Shown in pieces: positions 43,602 to 53,028 of a stretch of DNA of 54,415 nt. Each line of letters starts with the position of its first letter. Positions within the stretch are counted from its first letter, which is position 1. The translations under genes were made by a program, and so were the position numbers. The stretch is taken from IMG/VR virus record IMGVR_UViG_3300037153_000425, positions 1 to 54,415 of that record; one strand, given 5' to 3'. Under the pieces are notes generated by a model. The model saw nothing but the letters and a program-made list of their open reading frames with translations. It did no database searches and was not told the DNA's origin. This DNA is from a virus. Its lineage: Duplodnaviria > Caudoviricetes.

Positions 43602-44913
43602 TCGCCGGTACCATCGCACGCGGCCGCCGACGTTTACCCGGGCGTACGGGCAACAAACGACGACGCCGGTCACGCGCTCGCCGTTTGGCGGCTTGCCGTA
43701 CCAAGTGGCCGGGCGCATCAATCGCCAGCAGCTCTCGCCGCTCTTGATGGGGCTCGGACTCGGCGTCGGGCCGAAAGCGCAAAAACTGCAGCAGCAAATC
43801 ATGAGCGGCCAAGCGCAGGGGCCGCTCGCGGCGGCGATTCGCGGCGTGCAGCAATTCGCGCCGGGCGTGATTGGCGGCGCGCAGGACATCGGGCAACAGA
43901 TGTCGCAGCAAGGCGCCGATGCGGTCAGACAGTTGCAGGCGTCGATTAGCGCGGCGCAGACGGCGATGCCGCAGTATCAGCAAGCCGTCAACCAAGGGCT
44001 CGCCGCCACGCAGGGCGCGCTCGGCGGCGCGCAGGATCTCTACGGGCAAGCGGCCGCGATGCTCCCCGGACTCCAGCAAACCGCGGCGCAAGGCACGCAA
44101 GGCGCGCAGCAAGCGTTAGGCGCCGCGCAGGGCTACCTGACCGGGCCGCAGATGCAGGCCGCGCAAGCGCAGCTCGCGCGCGCGCAAGGGCTCCTCGGCG
44201 GCGGGGCCGCGGAGGCCGGCGGCGCGCAAGCGCTCGACCTCGCGCAACGCTACGCGCAGCAAGCCGCGTCGCCGATTGCCAACGAGGACCTCTACCAGGC
44301 GGCCTCCCGGCGCGTGATGCAGCAGATTCAACCCGGGCTCGCCGCGCGCGGCTTGGAGGCCGGCGGCGCCGGCGCGCAGCTCTCGGCCGACACGCAACGC
44401 GATCTTGCGATGCAGTTTGCTGCGAATCAAGCGGCGCAGCGGCAAGCGGCCTTGCAGGGCTTGCAGGGCGCCGCGAGCGGGCTCGGCAATCTCCAGAGCC
44501 AGGCGCAGCAGAATGTCGGCGCCGCGGCCTCGGGGCTCGGCAACCTGCAAGCGCAGGGGTTGCAGGGCTTGCAGGCGGCGAGCCAGGGCGTGCAAGGCGC
44601 CGCGCAGAATCAAGCCGCCCTCGGGCAATCTATGATCCCGTATTTGCAGGCGATTCAGCAGGGCGCGCAGAATGTCGGGGGCGCCGCGCAGCAGGGCGCG
44701 GGGATGCTCATGGCGGGCCCCGAACTCGCCGGGCAGCAAGCGGCCGCCGTCAATCAGCTCGGGCAAACCCTCATGAATCAATACAACCTCCCCATGCAGG
44801 CATCCGGCAATCTCATGAACTTGCTCACCGCAGGCCTGTCGCCGGGCTTGCAGATGCTCGGCGCGACCGCGCCGACCACGGCCTCGTCGAGTAAGCAGTC
44901 GAACATCCTATGA
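43585..44913 (+). CDS. Gln-rich ejection protein (variant 2)
   Basis: Homologue of 6413 with repeat-unit indels. Confidence 0.65.
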   Translation: MPPHDSRRYHRTRPPTFTRAYGQQTTTPVTRSPFGGLPYQVAGRINRQQLSPLLMGLGLGVGPKAQKLQQQIMSGQAQGPLAAAIRGVQQFAPGVIGGAQDIGQQMSQQGADAVRQLQASISAAQTAMPQYQQAVNQGLAATQGALGGAQDLYGQAAAMLPGLQQTAAQGTQGAQQALGAAQGYLTGPQMQAAQAQLARAQGLLGGGAAEAGGAQALDLAQRYAQQAASPIANEDLYQAASRRVMQQIQPGLAARGLEAGGAGAQLSADTQRDLAMQFAANQAAQRQAALQGLQGAASGLGNLQSQAQQNVGAAASGLGNLQAQGLQGLQAASQGVQGAAQNQAALGQSMIPYLQAIQQGAQNVGGAAQQGAGMLMAGPELAGQQAAAVNQLGQTLMNQYNLPMQASGNLMNLLTAGLSPGLQMLGATAPTTASSSKQSNIL

Positions 44914-45497
44914 CGGACGACTCGCGGCGCTATCATCGCATGCGGCCACCGCGGTTGGCGCGCGGCTACGGCATGCTCGGCGCGCTCGGGAGCGGGATTG
45001 CCGACGCCGCGGGCGCCGTCGGCAGCGGGCTCGAGAGTGCGGCGAGCTCGGCGCTTGGCGGGGCCGGGAGCACGGCCCTCGGCGGGCTCGAGAGTGTCGG
45101 GCACGGGCTCCAATCGCTCTTTACCTCGGGCGGCGGCGAGGCCGGCAACCTCGCTGCGCTCGGGCAAGCGGTACCCCAAGGCGTCGAGCTCGCGGGCCCG
45201 AGCTCGACCTTTGCCGGCCCCGGGTTTCTCGGGAGCGTGATGCAGGGCTTTACGCACGGGCCGGCGCAACTCGCGAATCCGAGCGCGGGCACGTCGCTTG
45301 GGACGGGTGTCGGGCAGCTCTTGAGCACGCTCGACCAGCTGAATGCGGGTCGGCAAGGCGGGATGTCCTTGCAACCGATTGTCGGGGGGATCACCGGGGC
45401 GCTGGGGCAGCGCCCGAAACTGACCAACACCGCACCGCCCCCGATGGGGCCGGGCCCGATCATGGGGATGCTGGGGCAGCTCTTTAAGGGCTTCTAG
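44910..45497 (+). CDS. Gly/Ser-rich ejection protein (variant 2)
   Basis: Homologue of 7855. Confidence 0.6.
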   Translation: MTDDSRRYHRMRPPRLARGYGMLGALGSGIADAAGAVGSGLESAASSALGGAGSTALGGLESVGHGLQSLFTSGGGEAGNLAALGQAVPQGVELAGPSSTFAGPGFLGSVMQGFTHGPAQLANPSAGTSLGTGVGQLLSTLDQLNAGRQGGMSLQPIVGGITGALGQRPKLTNTAPPPMGPGPIMGMLGQLFKGF

Positions 45498-48037
45498 TGG
45501 ACAGTCCTGTTTTCAATACGATCAAGAACGTGGCCGGCTACGGCGTCGGCACGTTGGCGGCGCTCGACACGATCAAGTCGGGCGGGCTCGGATCGTACTT
45601 GATGAACCGCCAACGGCTCATGAGCGACCCGGGCTTTCGCGCGTCGCTCGCCGGCTCGCCGTTCGCGGCGGGCGTGTTTGGCGTGTCGGGCGATACGGGC
45701 CCCGCGCCCGCAGCGCCGTCGCTCCCGGCGGCCGCCACGGGCGGCATCGCGCAACCCGCCGACATGGTCGGCCCGCCCGCGCCCAGCGTCCAGGTCGCCG
45801 CGCCCGGGCAAGCGGCACCCGGCCAGCTCCCGGCGCCGACGGCCGTCAACGTACCCGGCTATCTGCCCGGGACGCCGCGGGCGTGGATGCCGAACTTGCC
45901 GCCCTACGATCCCGAGGAGGCGCTCAAGCAGCAAGCGCTCGCCTCGCAGCAGGTCGCGATTGGCGCCGGCAGTCCGCTGCAGGCGGGCATCGCCAAGATG
46001 CAAGCGGGCATCATGCCGACCGAAGGCGAAACCAAGGCCGTGCTCGGGCAAGCGGCGGGGATTCAACGGGCCGCCGGCCCCGGCTCGACGGTCGGCGTCA
46101 AGCTCCCCGGGATGACGGTGCAGATCGGCTCGCCGTACAACTTCTCGGCGGTCGGCTCCGACGAGTACCCGAGCTATCAAGTCGCCGCCGCTGCCGCCGC
46201 GGCACGCAACGCGCAGCTCCCGCCGGGGAGCGCCGGCTGGACGGTCGTGCCCTCGGGCCGCGGCACCTTCTTGATTGCGCCGCCGCCGAGCGGGCAGCAA
46301 CAATTGCCGACGACCCCACCCGCGCCCGAATTTCGCGGCGGCGCAGCGACGCAAACGCCGACGACCGGCGGGCCGCCCGCCACCGTGGCGACCCGGACGA
46401 ACAACCCCGGGAACATCAAGGACGGCCCGTTTGCGCGCTCGCAACCTGGCTACGTCGGCGCCGGGCCCGTGGCGACGGATGGTGGCCGCTTCGCCGTGTT
46501 CGATTCGCCCGCCTCGGGCTTTGCCGCGCAGGGCAATCTGTTAACCGGCCCCGCGTATCGTGACCTCACCATCGGCGACGCGATGCACAAGTGGTCGAAT
46601 GGTGGCTACGGCGGCGAGATCGTCGCGCCGCTCGGGATCGACCCCACGCGCACGGTCGGATCGCTCACGCCCGACGAGCTCCGCGGCGTCACGCTCACCC
46701 AAGCGCATCGCGAGGGCTATTCATTCGGCGGGACGCAGCCAGCGACGCCGCCCGTCCAGGTGGCGCGCGAGACGCCGCCCGCGCCCCCACCGCAACCCGC
46801 CGCACCCGCACCCGCACCCGCGCCCGCACCGGCACCCGCAGCCGCGCCAACGCCCGCGCCAGCTCCCGCCCGCCCGGCTCCACCGGCCCCCGCGCCGGCC
46901 CGGCCCGCACCGCCAGCGGCGGCACGCCCCGCGGTGCGCCCCGCGCCCGCCGCACCACCACCGCCCGCGCCGGCGTGGCAACAAAACCCCAATGAGGTCG
47001 TCCCGCATGTGATCGTGCCCGCGCCGCGGGTGGGCTATCCCTCGGCCGCATTCGGGGGCGAGACGCCGCCGACGGTGCCCATGCCGACCACGACGCTCCC
47101 GCCGCCCAACGCCGCGCTCGAGGCCGCCGCGACGCCGCCGGCGCCGCTCGCACCGGGGACGATTCCGGTCGACCCCGGGACCGGGCTCCCGCAGACGGGT
47201 AAGACGGTCGAGTCACAGGGCGGCACGCAAACGTACACCGCGCCGAGTCTCGGGACCGGCAAAGAGGCGTTGTGGGCGAGGAATGCCGGCATCACGGATT
47301 GGCGGCTCGCCAAGCCGGACCAGATCGCCAACTACGAGGCGCAGGAGCGCGCGTGGAATCTCCAAAACAAGCTGGATGACGCCAACGTGCAACGGCTTCG
47401 TCGCGGCATGAGCGACGGGGACGCGGAGGGCTTACGGACGCTCATGGATCTCCGCGACAATCTCAACGCCTTTACGGCCGTCTACGATACCCCCGAGAAG
47501 CGCGCGCAATTCATCGGCCGTCGCAACTGGGTTACGCAAAATGTGCAGACGGAGATTAACTGGCCGGGCTCCGAGAAGATTGCCGATTTCCGCTCCGCGC
47601 TCGCCCCATTCTCATACGACACCCTCAACGACAAAGACTCGCCACTCAAAGGCGACCTCGTCAGCCTCAAAGCCTCGGCGCCGAGCGGGAGCGAGAGCCC
47701 AGCGCAATTTGAGAGTGACCTCCAGAAATTGCGTGACCGCATCGAGACGAAGATCTTTCAGCGGACCGCATTCGTCGGGATGCCTGAGAGTGAGATTACC
47801 GCCGCCCGCATCAACGCCGCGACCGACCAATGGCAGGAAGCACGCACGGCGGCCCGCGTGCGCGCGGCGCAGCAAGCCAGCGAGGGCGCGACGCCACCAC
47901 CGCCCGCCGCGCCGGGGCCACCGCCGGCGCCAGCGAGCGCGCCGCCGCCGGCCACCGCATACGCTGAGCCGCCCCTGGGCCCGACCGGGGCGACGCCACC
48001 GCCCGCGCCGACGTGGCAACCGAATTGGATTCGCTAG
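45497..48037 (+). CDS. Large ejection protein with NNPGNI lysozyme-like domain
   Basis: RTNNPGNI, GRFAVF.SP..G, TI....KW, EG at about 46385-46727. Confidence 0.7.
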   Translation: MDSPVFNTIKNVAGYGVGTLAALDTIKSGGLGSYLMNRQRLMSDPGFRASLAGSPFAAGVFGVSGDTGPAPAAPSLPAAATGGIAQPADMVGPPAPSVQVAAPGQAAPGQLPAPTAVNVPGYLPGTPRAWMPNLPPYDPEEALKQQALASQQVAIGAGSPLQAGIAKMQAGIMPTEGETKAVLGQAAGIQRAAGPGSTVGVKLPGMTVQIGSPYNFSAVGSDEYPSYQVAAAAAAARNAQLPPGSAGWTVVPSGRGTFLIAPPPSGQQQLPTTPPAPEFRGGAATQTPTTGGPPATVATRTNNPGNIKDGPFARSQPGYVGAGPVATDGGRFAVFDSPASGFAAQGNLLTGPAYRDLTIGDAMHKWSNGGYGGEIVAPLGIDPTRTVGSLTPDELRGVTLTQAHREGYSFGGTQPATPPVQVARETPPAPPPQPAAPAPAPAPAPAPAAAPTPAPAPARPAPPAPAPARPAPPAAARPAVRPAPAAPPPPAPAWQQNPNEVVPHVIVPAPRVGYPSAAFGGETPPTVPMPTTTLPPPNAALEAAATPPAPLAPGTIPVDPGTGLPQTGKTVESQGGTQTYTAPSLGTGKEALWARNAGITDWRLAKPDQIANYEAQERAWNLQNKLDDANVQRLRRGMSDGDAEGLRTLMDLRDNLNAFTAVYDTPEKRAQFIGRRNWVTQNVQTEINWPGSEKIADFRSALAPFSYDTLNDKDSPLKGDLVSLKASAPSGSESPAQFESDLQKLRDRIETKIFQRTAFVGMPESEITAARINAATDQWQEARTAARVRAAQQASEGATPPPPAAPGPPPAPASAPPPATAYAEPPLGPTGATPPPAPTWQPNWIR

Positions 48038-48040
48038 CTG

Positions 48041-49228
48041 ATGGCGGATCAAGCGCTCTTTGCGTACCAAGCGCAGCTCCCCGACGGGAGTACGGTCGTG
48101 CGCACGGGCGGGGCCGACATGGCGCCGACGCATCAACAGCTCGCGGACTACGCCGCCAATCGCGGCGAGATCTATCTCGGCCCCGTCGCCATGTCGCCCA
48201 ACGTGCAAAGCGGCCTCCCCGAGGAGGCGGCGCCCTCACCGGCGGCCGCATCCCCGCCGGCTCCAGCGGCCACGGTGGCCTCGCCGCAGACCTTTGGCGA
48301 GCGCGTGTATGGCACCTTGGCTCCGGCACGGTCGCTCGCGAGCCAGGTGCCGAGCATGGTCGGCGGGTTTGGCGGAGGCGCCCTTGGCGGTGCGGCCGCC
48401 GGCGCCTTGGGCGGCCCATTCGCCCCGTTCACGGTGCCGCTTGGCGCAATCGCCGGCGCCGCGCTTGGCTCGGGCGGCCTCGAGTATCTGCAATCGAAAG
48501 CGGAGCAAGAGGCGGGCGTCGCGCCATCCGAGGAGGGCACGCCGGGCGAGCGGGCCTTGCGCGCCGGTGTGCGTGGGTTGGCGGGCGAGGGGCTGGGGCA
48601 AGGACTCACGGCGGGTGCGCAAGCCGTCAAGGCGGTTGCGGGCCCGACGCTCCGCGCGGCCGAGTCGCTGGCGCCGACGCTCACGCGCGAGCTCCCCCCT
48701 GAGGCGACGGCGGCGACGACGAAAGTCGGGCAACTCATTCGCGACCCGGAGGCGCTCGCCGCCGCGGACTTGACACCGAAAGGCCAGCAAACGGTGTTGA
48801 GCGCGTGGTGGAATCACTACGCCTCGCAAGGGGCCGACGCGCTCGGACAAGCGTGGGATGCCTTGGGGCCGCAAGGGCAAGCGAAGCTCGGCGGCGACCA
48901 TGTCGACGCGCTTGGGACGCTCGTCAAAACGATTCGCCCGGGCGAGTTGACGGCCAGCATGCGGCCCACGTCGCTGCTCAAGACGGCCGGCTTGCCGGCG
49001 GCTTTGTGGCACCATGGGCTGATTGATCAGCCGACCATGTACGCCTTGGGTGCGGGAATTGAAGCGGCACGGGACCTCGCGCCGCGGGCGCTCCTCTACG
49101 ATACGCCGCTCACTTGGCTCGGGAAACTGCCGCAAGCCTCACGGGTTGCGAGCCCGTGGGCGTACCGGGGTGCGGAGGCGGGTGGCCAACTCGCCGCCAC
49201 GCAACTGCTCCCAGCGTATCAACCCTAG
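48041..49228 (+). CDS. Glycine-zipper ejection protein (variant 2)
   Basis: Homologue of 10976. Confidence 0.6.
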   Translation: MADQALFAYQAQLPDGSTVVRTGGADMAPTHQQLADYAANRGEIYLGPVAMSPNVQSGLPEEAAPSPAAASPPAPAATVASPQTFGERVYGTLAPARSLASQVPSMVGGFGGGALGGAAAGALGGPFAPFTVPLGAIAGAALGSGGLEYLQSKAEQEAGVAPSEEGTPGERALRAGVRGLAGEGLGQGLTAGAQAVKAVAGPTLRAAESLAPTLTRELPPEATAATTKVGQLIRDPEALAAADLTPKGQQTVLSAWWNHYASQGADALGQAWDALGPQGQAKLGGDHVDALGTLVKTIRPGELTASMRPTSLLKTAGLPAALWHHGLIDQPTMYALGAGIEAARDLAPRALLYDTPLTWLGKLPQASRVASPWAYRGAEAGGQLAATQLLPAYQP

Positions 49229-49323
49229 CGGAGCCGCGTGTGGCGGAGAAACACGACGCGGAATAAGCGGACCGCGACCGCGCTCACCAACCCGACCCAC
49301 AGGGCATCGAAAAGCCAGATCAT
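49225..49323 (-). CDS. 32-aa hydrophobic peptide (MIWLFDALWVGLVSAVAVRLFRVVFLRHTRLR)
   Basis: Positional and compositional counterpart of 12139-12234. Confidence 0.55.
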   Translation of the reverse strand: MIWLFDALWVGLVSAVAVRLFRVVFLRHTRLR

Positions 49324-49377
49324 CGTGTCACAGACGATACGTGTCATGCCTGCGTGTCGGCAAGCCGCGCAGGGGCC

Positions 49378-49641
49378 TTAGCGGGCTTCCAGCCGCGCGA
49401 GCCGGGCGCGCAACTCGTCGAGCTCGGCGCGCACCGTCACGGTCCGGATGAGGGACTCGTTCATGACGCGCAATTGCTTGAGCATCGCGCCCAAGCGGCG
49501 ATCGGTGCGCTCGGCATGCGCGTCGAGGGATTCGAGGAGTTCCGTGTGGCGCGCAAGAATTGCTCCTTGCGTCTCGAGCGCGTCGACGACTCGGAGCATT
49601 TTCGTCTCGAGCCGGTCAAGCCGGGCGTCGTCCGCGTCCAT
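49378..49641 (-). CDS. Coiled-coil hypothetical protein, variant-2 specific
   Basis: Heptad pattern; LRARLARLEAR end. Confidence 0.55.
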   Translation of the reverse strand: MDADDARLDRLETKMLRVVDALETQGAILARHTELLESLDAHAERTDRRLGAMLKQLRVMNESLIRTVTVRAELDELRARLARLEAR

Positions 49642-49678
49642 ACGTTAGCGTTACACCGCGCGGCCCGCCGCGGGCAAG

Positions 49679-49930
49679 TCACCGCCGCCGCGCGCAGGCG
49701 TAGGCGAATATCCCAAGCCCAACCCCCGCCGTCAGTATCAGGACCGCGCCCGCGGTGCCGAGCTCGCCCGCGAGCCAGCGAACCAGGACCACGGCGCCGA
49801 CGAACGGGCCGACCACGACGACGACCGCCAGCGCATAGGGCAACAAGACAAGCCCGACCGTGAGGAGGAGGTACAGCGCCACGGCGAGGAGGGCGAGGCG
49901 GAGCAGCGTGTCGGCATCGGGGAGCCACAT
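49679..49930 (-). CDS. Multi-TM small membrane protein, variant-2 specific
   Basis: Almost entirely hydrophobic 83 aa. Confidence 0.55.
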   Translation of the reverse strand: MWLPDADTLLRLALLAVALYLLLTVGLVLLPYALAVVVVVGPFVGAVVLVRWLAGELGTAGAVLILTAGVGLGIFAYACARRR

Positions 49931-50027
49931 GCCGGGGCGCGGCGCCTACCCGTCGCCCCGGGACGCCTCGCGGTAGAGCGCGGCGAGCGCCCCGCGCACG
50001 GCGACCTCGGGCACGGCCCGCGGCTCG

Positions 50028-50228
50028 TCATCCTGCGCCATCACTCGCCCCGTGCCGCACCCGCCACGCGGCAACCCGACACGTCACGCCGCAGTAGCGT
50101 GCCGACGACCGCACCGCGTGGAATGGGGCGCCGCATTCCGCGCACCGCGCGGTGACTTTTGTCCGACCCTGCAACGGATTCGATGCCCGCCTACCCGTTA
50201 CAGGGCTCCGGGTGGGTGGTCCGGTCAT
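50028..50228 (-). CDS. Small zinc-finger protein
   Basis: CAECG...ARYCG..CR. Confidence 0.6.
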   Translation of the reverse strand: MTGPPTRSPVTGRRASNPLQGRTKVTARCAECGAPFHAVRSSARYCGVTCRVAAWRVRHGASDGAG

Positions 50229-50455
50229 GCCGAGGCGCGCGCGGGCCGTGGTAGCGTTGCTAGGGCCCGTTTCGGGGTATCGTGGTGCGCGGCCGTGCCG
50301 CTGGTGCATCGTCGCAAGTGCACCTCGAGCGCGTCGCGCACCCAATCCTGCACCAGGACCTCCGTGGCGATGCAGTCGAGTTTCAACGCGCGGTGTAACC
50401 GTTTCGGGATGCGCGTCGCGAGCTGCACGCTATCCGCGGGAATTTCGTTCGCCAT
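50225..50455 (-). CDS. Ribbon-helix-helix protein
   Basis: Homologue of 13760. Confidence 0.7.
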   Translation of the reverse strand: MANEIPADSVQLATRIPKRLHRALKLDCIATEVLVQDWVRDALEVHLRRCTSGTAAHHDTPKRALATLPRPARASA

Positions 50456-50960
50456 TGGTAGCTCCTCCGGAATGGGTCGCCGCGAGATAGGCGGCGAGCA
50501 ACAGTGCCTCGGCGGGACCCTCGTCGGCGGCCCGGATGACGCCGAGACTCGGGAACCGTTCTTGCGCGCGCAGCCGGCTGACCCGCTTGGCGGCGCCCAG
50601 CAGCCCGGCGTGCCGCTTCCACACGGTCGGCTGGATAACGCGGTAGGGGACGCGGGCGGCGACGATGAGCCCGAGCCACAAGCCAAAGCCGACGCCGGTG
50701 CGGTAGCTCGAGGCGACCCCTTGCTGGGGCCGGGCGCCTTGCGCCTCGAGGGCGACCTCGACGCCGCGGCCGTTGATCGCACGCGTCAAGAGCGCCCACA
50801 TGGCCGCCGGGTCGTAGTCGTCGCGCCGCCGGCGGTTCCGCAGCACGGCCAAGCGGGGCGTGCGGCGCAGCGCCGCAGCGACGACCGCGCCGGCGTCATC
50901 GAGGTCGAGGACGCCGAGGCCGCCGGTGACGCCCGGGTCGCACCCGATGACGCGCCTCAT
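50430..50960 (-). CDS. RuvC-like resolvase
   Basis: Homologue of 13965. Confidence 0.85.
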   Translation of the reverse strand: MRRVIGCDPGVTGGLGVLDLDDAGAVVAAALRRTPRLAVLRNRRRRDDYDPAAMWALLTRAINGRGVEVALEAQGARPQQGVASSYRTGVGFGLWLGLIVAARVPYRVIQPTVWKRHAGLLGAAKRVSRLRAQERFPSLGVIRAADEGPAEALLLAAYLAATHSGGATNGERNSRG

Positions 50961-51352
50961 GGCGTCTGCTCCCCGGCGTCGAGGGCGGCTCCTGCGGCGT
51001 CGAGTTCATCACGGCCACACTCGCATGCCGCATCGGGACGACCGCGCGCCTTCAGGCAACGCAGGTCATGAGCGTCGGTACAAGAGAAGGCGCCTCGGTG
51101 GCTGTCGCACACGTCATAGGCCGCTTTGAATCGGCGCAGGGCATGCAGCTCGCGCTCCCGCGCCTGCTCGCGGGCGAGGAGCGCGGCCAGGTCGGGGGCA
51201 TCGAGGGCTTGCTGCAACGCGATATGCGCCGCTCCGCCAATGGCAAGGTGAGGCCAGCCCCGCAGCGTATCGTGAATCACCTTCACCAACGCCGCGACGT
51301 GGGCGCGGAGGTGGGCGTTCTCCGCCCGCAGCGCCTCCAGTTCGTCCGTCAT
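50957..51352 (-). CDS. Hypothetical protein
   Basis: Partial homologue of 14492 with a Cys/His-rich insert. Confidence 0.55.
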   Translation of the reverse strand: MTDELEALRAENAHLRAHVAALVKVIHDTLRGWPHLAIGGAAHIALQQALDAPDLAALLAREQARERELHALRRFKAAYDVCDSHRGAFSCTDAHDLRCLKARGRPDAACECGRDELDAAGAALDAGEQTP

Positions 51353-51471
51353 GGGTTCGACACGCGGTACAGCACGAACGTCGAGAACACGCCGAGGAGC
51401 CCCGCCGCCGCCCAGAGCGCGAGCACGGCGAGCGTCTCAAGCCAGGTGGCGGGCCGGTCGTCGTCGTCCAT
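51349..51471 (-). CDS. 40-aa single-TM protein
   Basis: Homologue of 15385. Confidence 0.55.
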   Translation of the reverse strand: MDDDDRPATWLETLAVLALWAAAGLLGVFSTFVLYRVSNP

Positions 51472-51472
51472 G

Positions 51473-51973
51473 TCAGCCCTCCTCGCTGGCGCGTCGCGTG
51501 CGCCAGCGTCCGGTGCGGGCGTCTTCCGCCGCCCAGTGGGCCTTCCACCACGCGAGGTCTTGCACATGGTGTCGGCGCGCCACCTCGGCCAGCCGCTCCT
51601 GCTCCGCGCGGGCGCGTGCGGCCTCCGCCTCGCGCTCGGCCGGGGTCAACCGCCGCAGCCGCTCCTGCTCGATCTGGAGCTGCGCAACCGTCCCGAGCGC
51701 CTCGACGAGCACGCGCGCCCGGGCAGCCGCCTCCGCGTGGTGCCGCTGCTGCTCCCGCTCGGCGGCGGCCGCCCAGCGGCGGAGGCGTGCCGGGCGCGGG
51801 AAGAATTCGGCCTCGCGCAAGCTGGTCCGGATGGCGTGCTCGATCCACCGGATGTCGACGTCTTCGAGCGCGAGCCAATACGCGGCGGCGCGTGCCTCAC
51901 TCACGGGCTCGTTGAAGGCTTCCGAGAGCAGCGCGAGCAGCTCGGCAAAACGTGCACGGTTCTCTGCGGTCAT
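51473..51973 (-). CDS. Helicase loader/inhibitor-like protein (G39P-like)
   Basis: YW.AL.D...I..AI......FFPRPA directly after the initiator. Confidence 0.6.
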   Translation of the reverse strand: MTAENRARFAELLALLSEAFNEPVSEARAAAYWLALEDVDIRWIEHAIRTSLREAEFFPRPARLRRWAAAAEREQQRHHAEAAARARVLVEALGTVAQLQIEQERLRRLTPAEREAEAARARAEQERLAEVARRHHVQDLAWWKAHWAAEDARTGRWRTRRASEEG

Positions 51974-52719
51974 GTGATCCCCAATCCGCGCGCGATGGCG
52001 GTCAAGTTGCCCGCCGTGCGCGTCGTGGTGCCGGCCGGTTGTCGGGCCGGGGCTTCGTCTTCCCACCGCCGGTGGTTCAGGTACGTGGCCGGATGCGGGA
52101 CAAAGCGCCGGTTGTCCTCGAGCCAGCGCGGCTGGTCGTGTTGCCAGGCGAGCGCGGCCAGGATCGTGTCGAGGGGAGGCCGCAGCTTCACCCACGCGTC
52201 CCAAGCGTCCTGTTTGCCGACCCGACGCGGATACGCAGCCCAGAACTGAGCGAACGCGACTCTAGTAGGATCCTCCGTCTCTGAATCCGGAGCAGAACGA
52301 ACAGAGACAGATCCTTTCCGTTGCCCCTTGCCCCTCGCCTGCTCAGCCCTAGCTGAGTGTCTGCTGAGCAGAGTCTCAGCTACCCTCGAAACGATAGCTT
52401 TTACACCATGATGGCGGAGGTAGGTCCGAACGCCGTTACTCATGTGATCGTCCCAATCGTGGACAATGAGGCGATGCTGCGGATGATGCTCGAGCCACCC
52501 AGCATCAAGGAGCGCCTCGAGGAGCACCGTCGGCTCACGCTCCCACGCGATCGCGTGGCAGATGGCCGCATCATTCCAGCGCCCGACGTCGCCACGCGGC
52601 GCGTACTGCGCGGCGAAGTGCCAGAGGCTCTCAAGAATGCCAACGGCGGCGTAGCGCGGGATGCCAAGCGCGGCCGCGAGCGCACAGGTCTTCGGATGAT
52701 CCACCGTCCCCCGCTTCAT
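51970..52719 (-). CDS. Phage replication initiator (variant 2, different type)
   Basis: DHPK..L...LG, G.L..LW, HDW.DH, F..FW.AYPR.VGK..A..AW, PHPATYLN..RW.DE. Confidence 0.8.
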   Translation of the reverse strand: MKRGTVDHPKTCALAAALGIPRYAAVGILESLWHFAAQYAPRGDVGRWNDAAICHAIAWEREPTVLLEALLDAGWLEHHPQHRLIVHDWDDHMSNGVRTYLRHHGVKAIVSRVAETLLSRHSARAEQARGKGQRKGSVSVRSAPDSETEDPTRVAFAQFWAAYPRRVGKQDAWDAWVKLRPPLDTILAALAWQHDQPRWLEDNRRFVPHPATYLNHRRWEDEAPARQPAGTTTRTAGNLTAIARGLGIT

Positions 52720-52745
52720 CGCAGCCCCTCCGCACGCCGTCGGGC

Positions 52746-53008
52746 GGTGCAAAGCGCGTTGCAAAGGAATTTCTGGCAACACGCGGCATCTGGGGTGAAA
52801 CGTGACCGATGCCGCCCCACGCGGAATCTGAGGAAGCCTGCGACGTTAGGGTGCGCCCGCTGCTCGGAGGTGCCAACTGTTTCTTGGCGCCGCCCGATTC
52901 GTAGTCAGACGCTCTATCCAACTGAGCTATGGGCGCGCAGTAGGGAAGTCGCGGAGTTAGCGCGATTTGGAGGCCACCGCAACCCCCCGGTGCAAAGGCG
53001 GTGCAAAG
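52746..53008. other. attP-like site 2
   Basis: Arm repeats at 52746/52758 and 52989/53000 around the same tRNA core. Confidence 0.75.
52852..52936 (-). tRNA. tRNA-Arg(ACG) 5' half / tRNA-like element, copy 2
   Basis: Identical to 16696-16780 except one hairpin-loop base. Confidence 0.8.
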
Positions 53009-53028
53009 GAAACGGTGCGTCAAACGGC

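Noticed and set aside
46780-46970. Tandem GCACCC-type DNA repeat
   Set aside because: Encodes the Pro-Ala linker of the ejection protein
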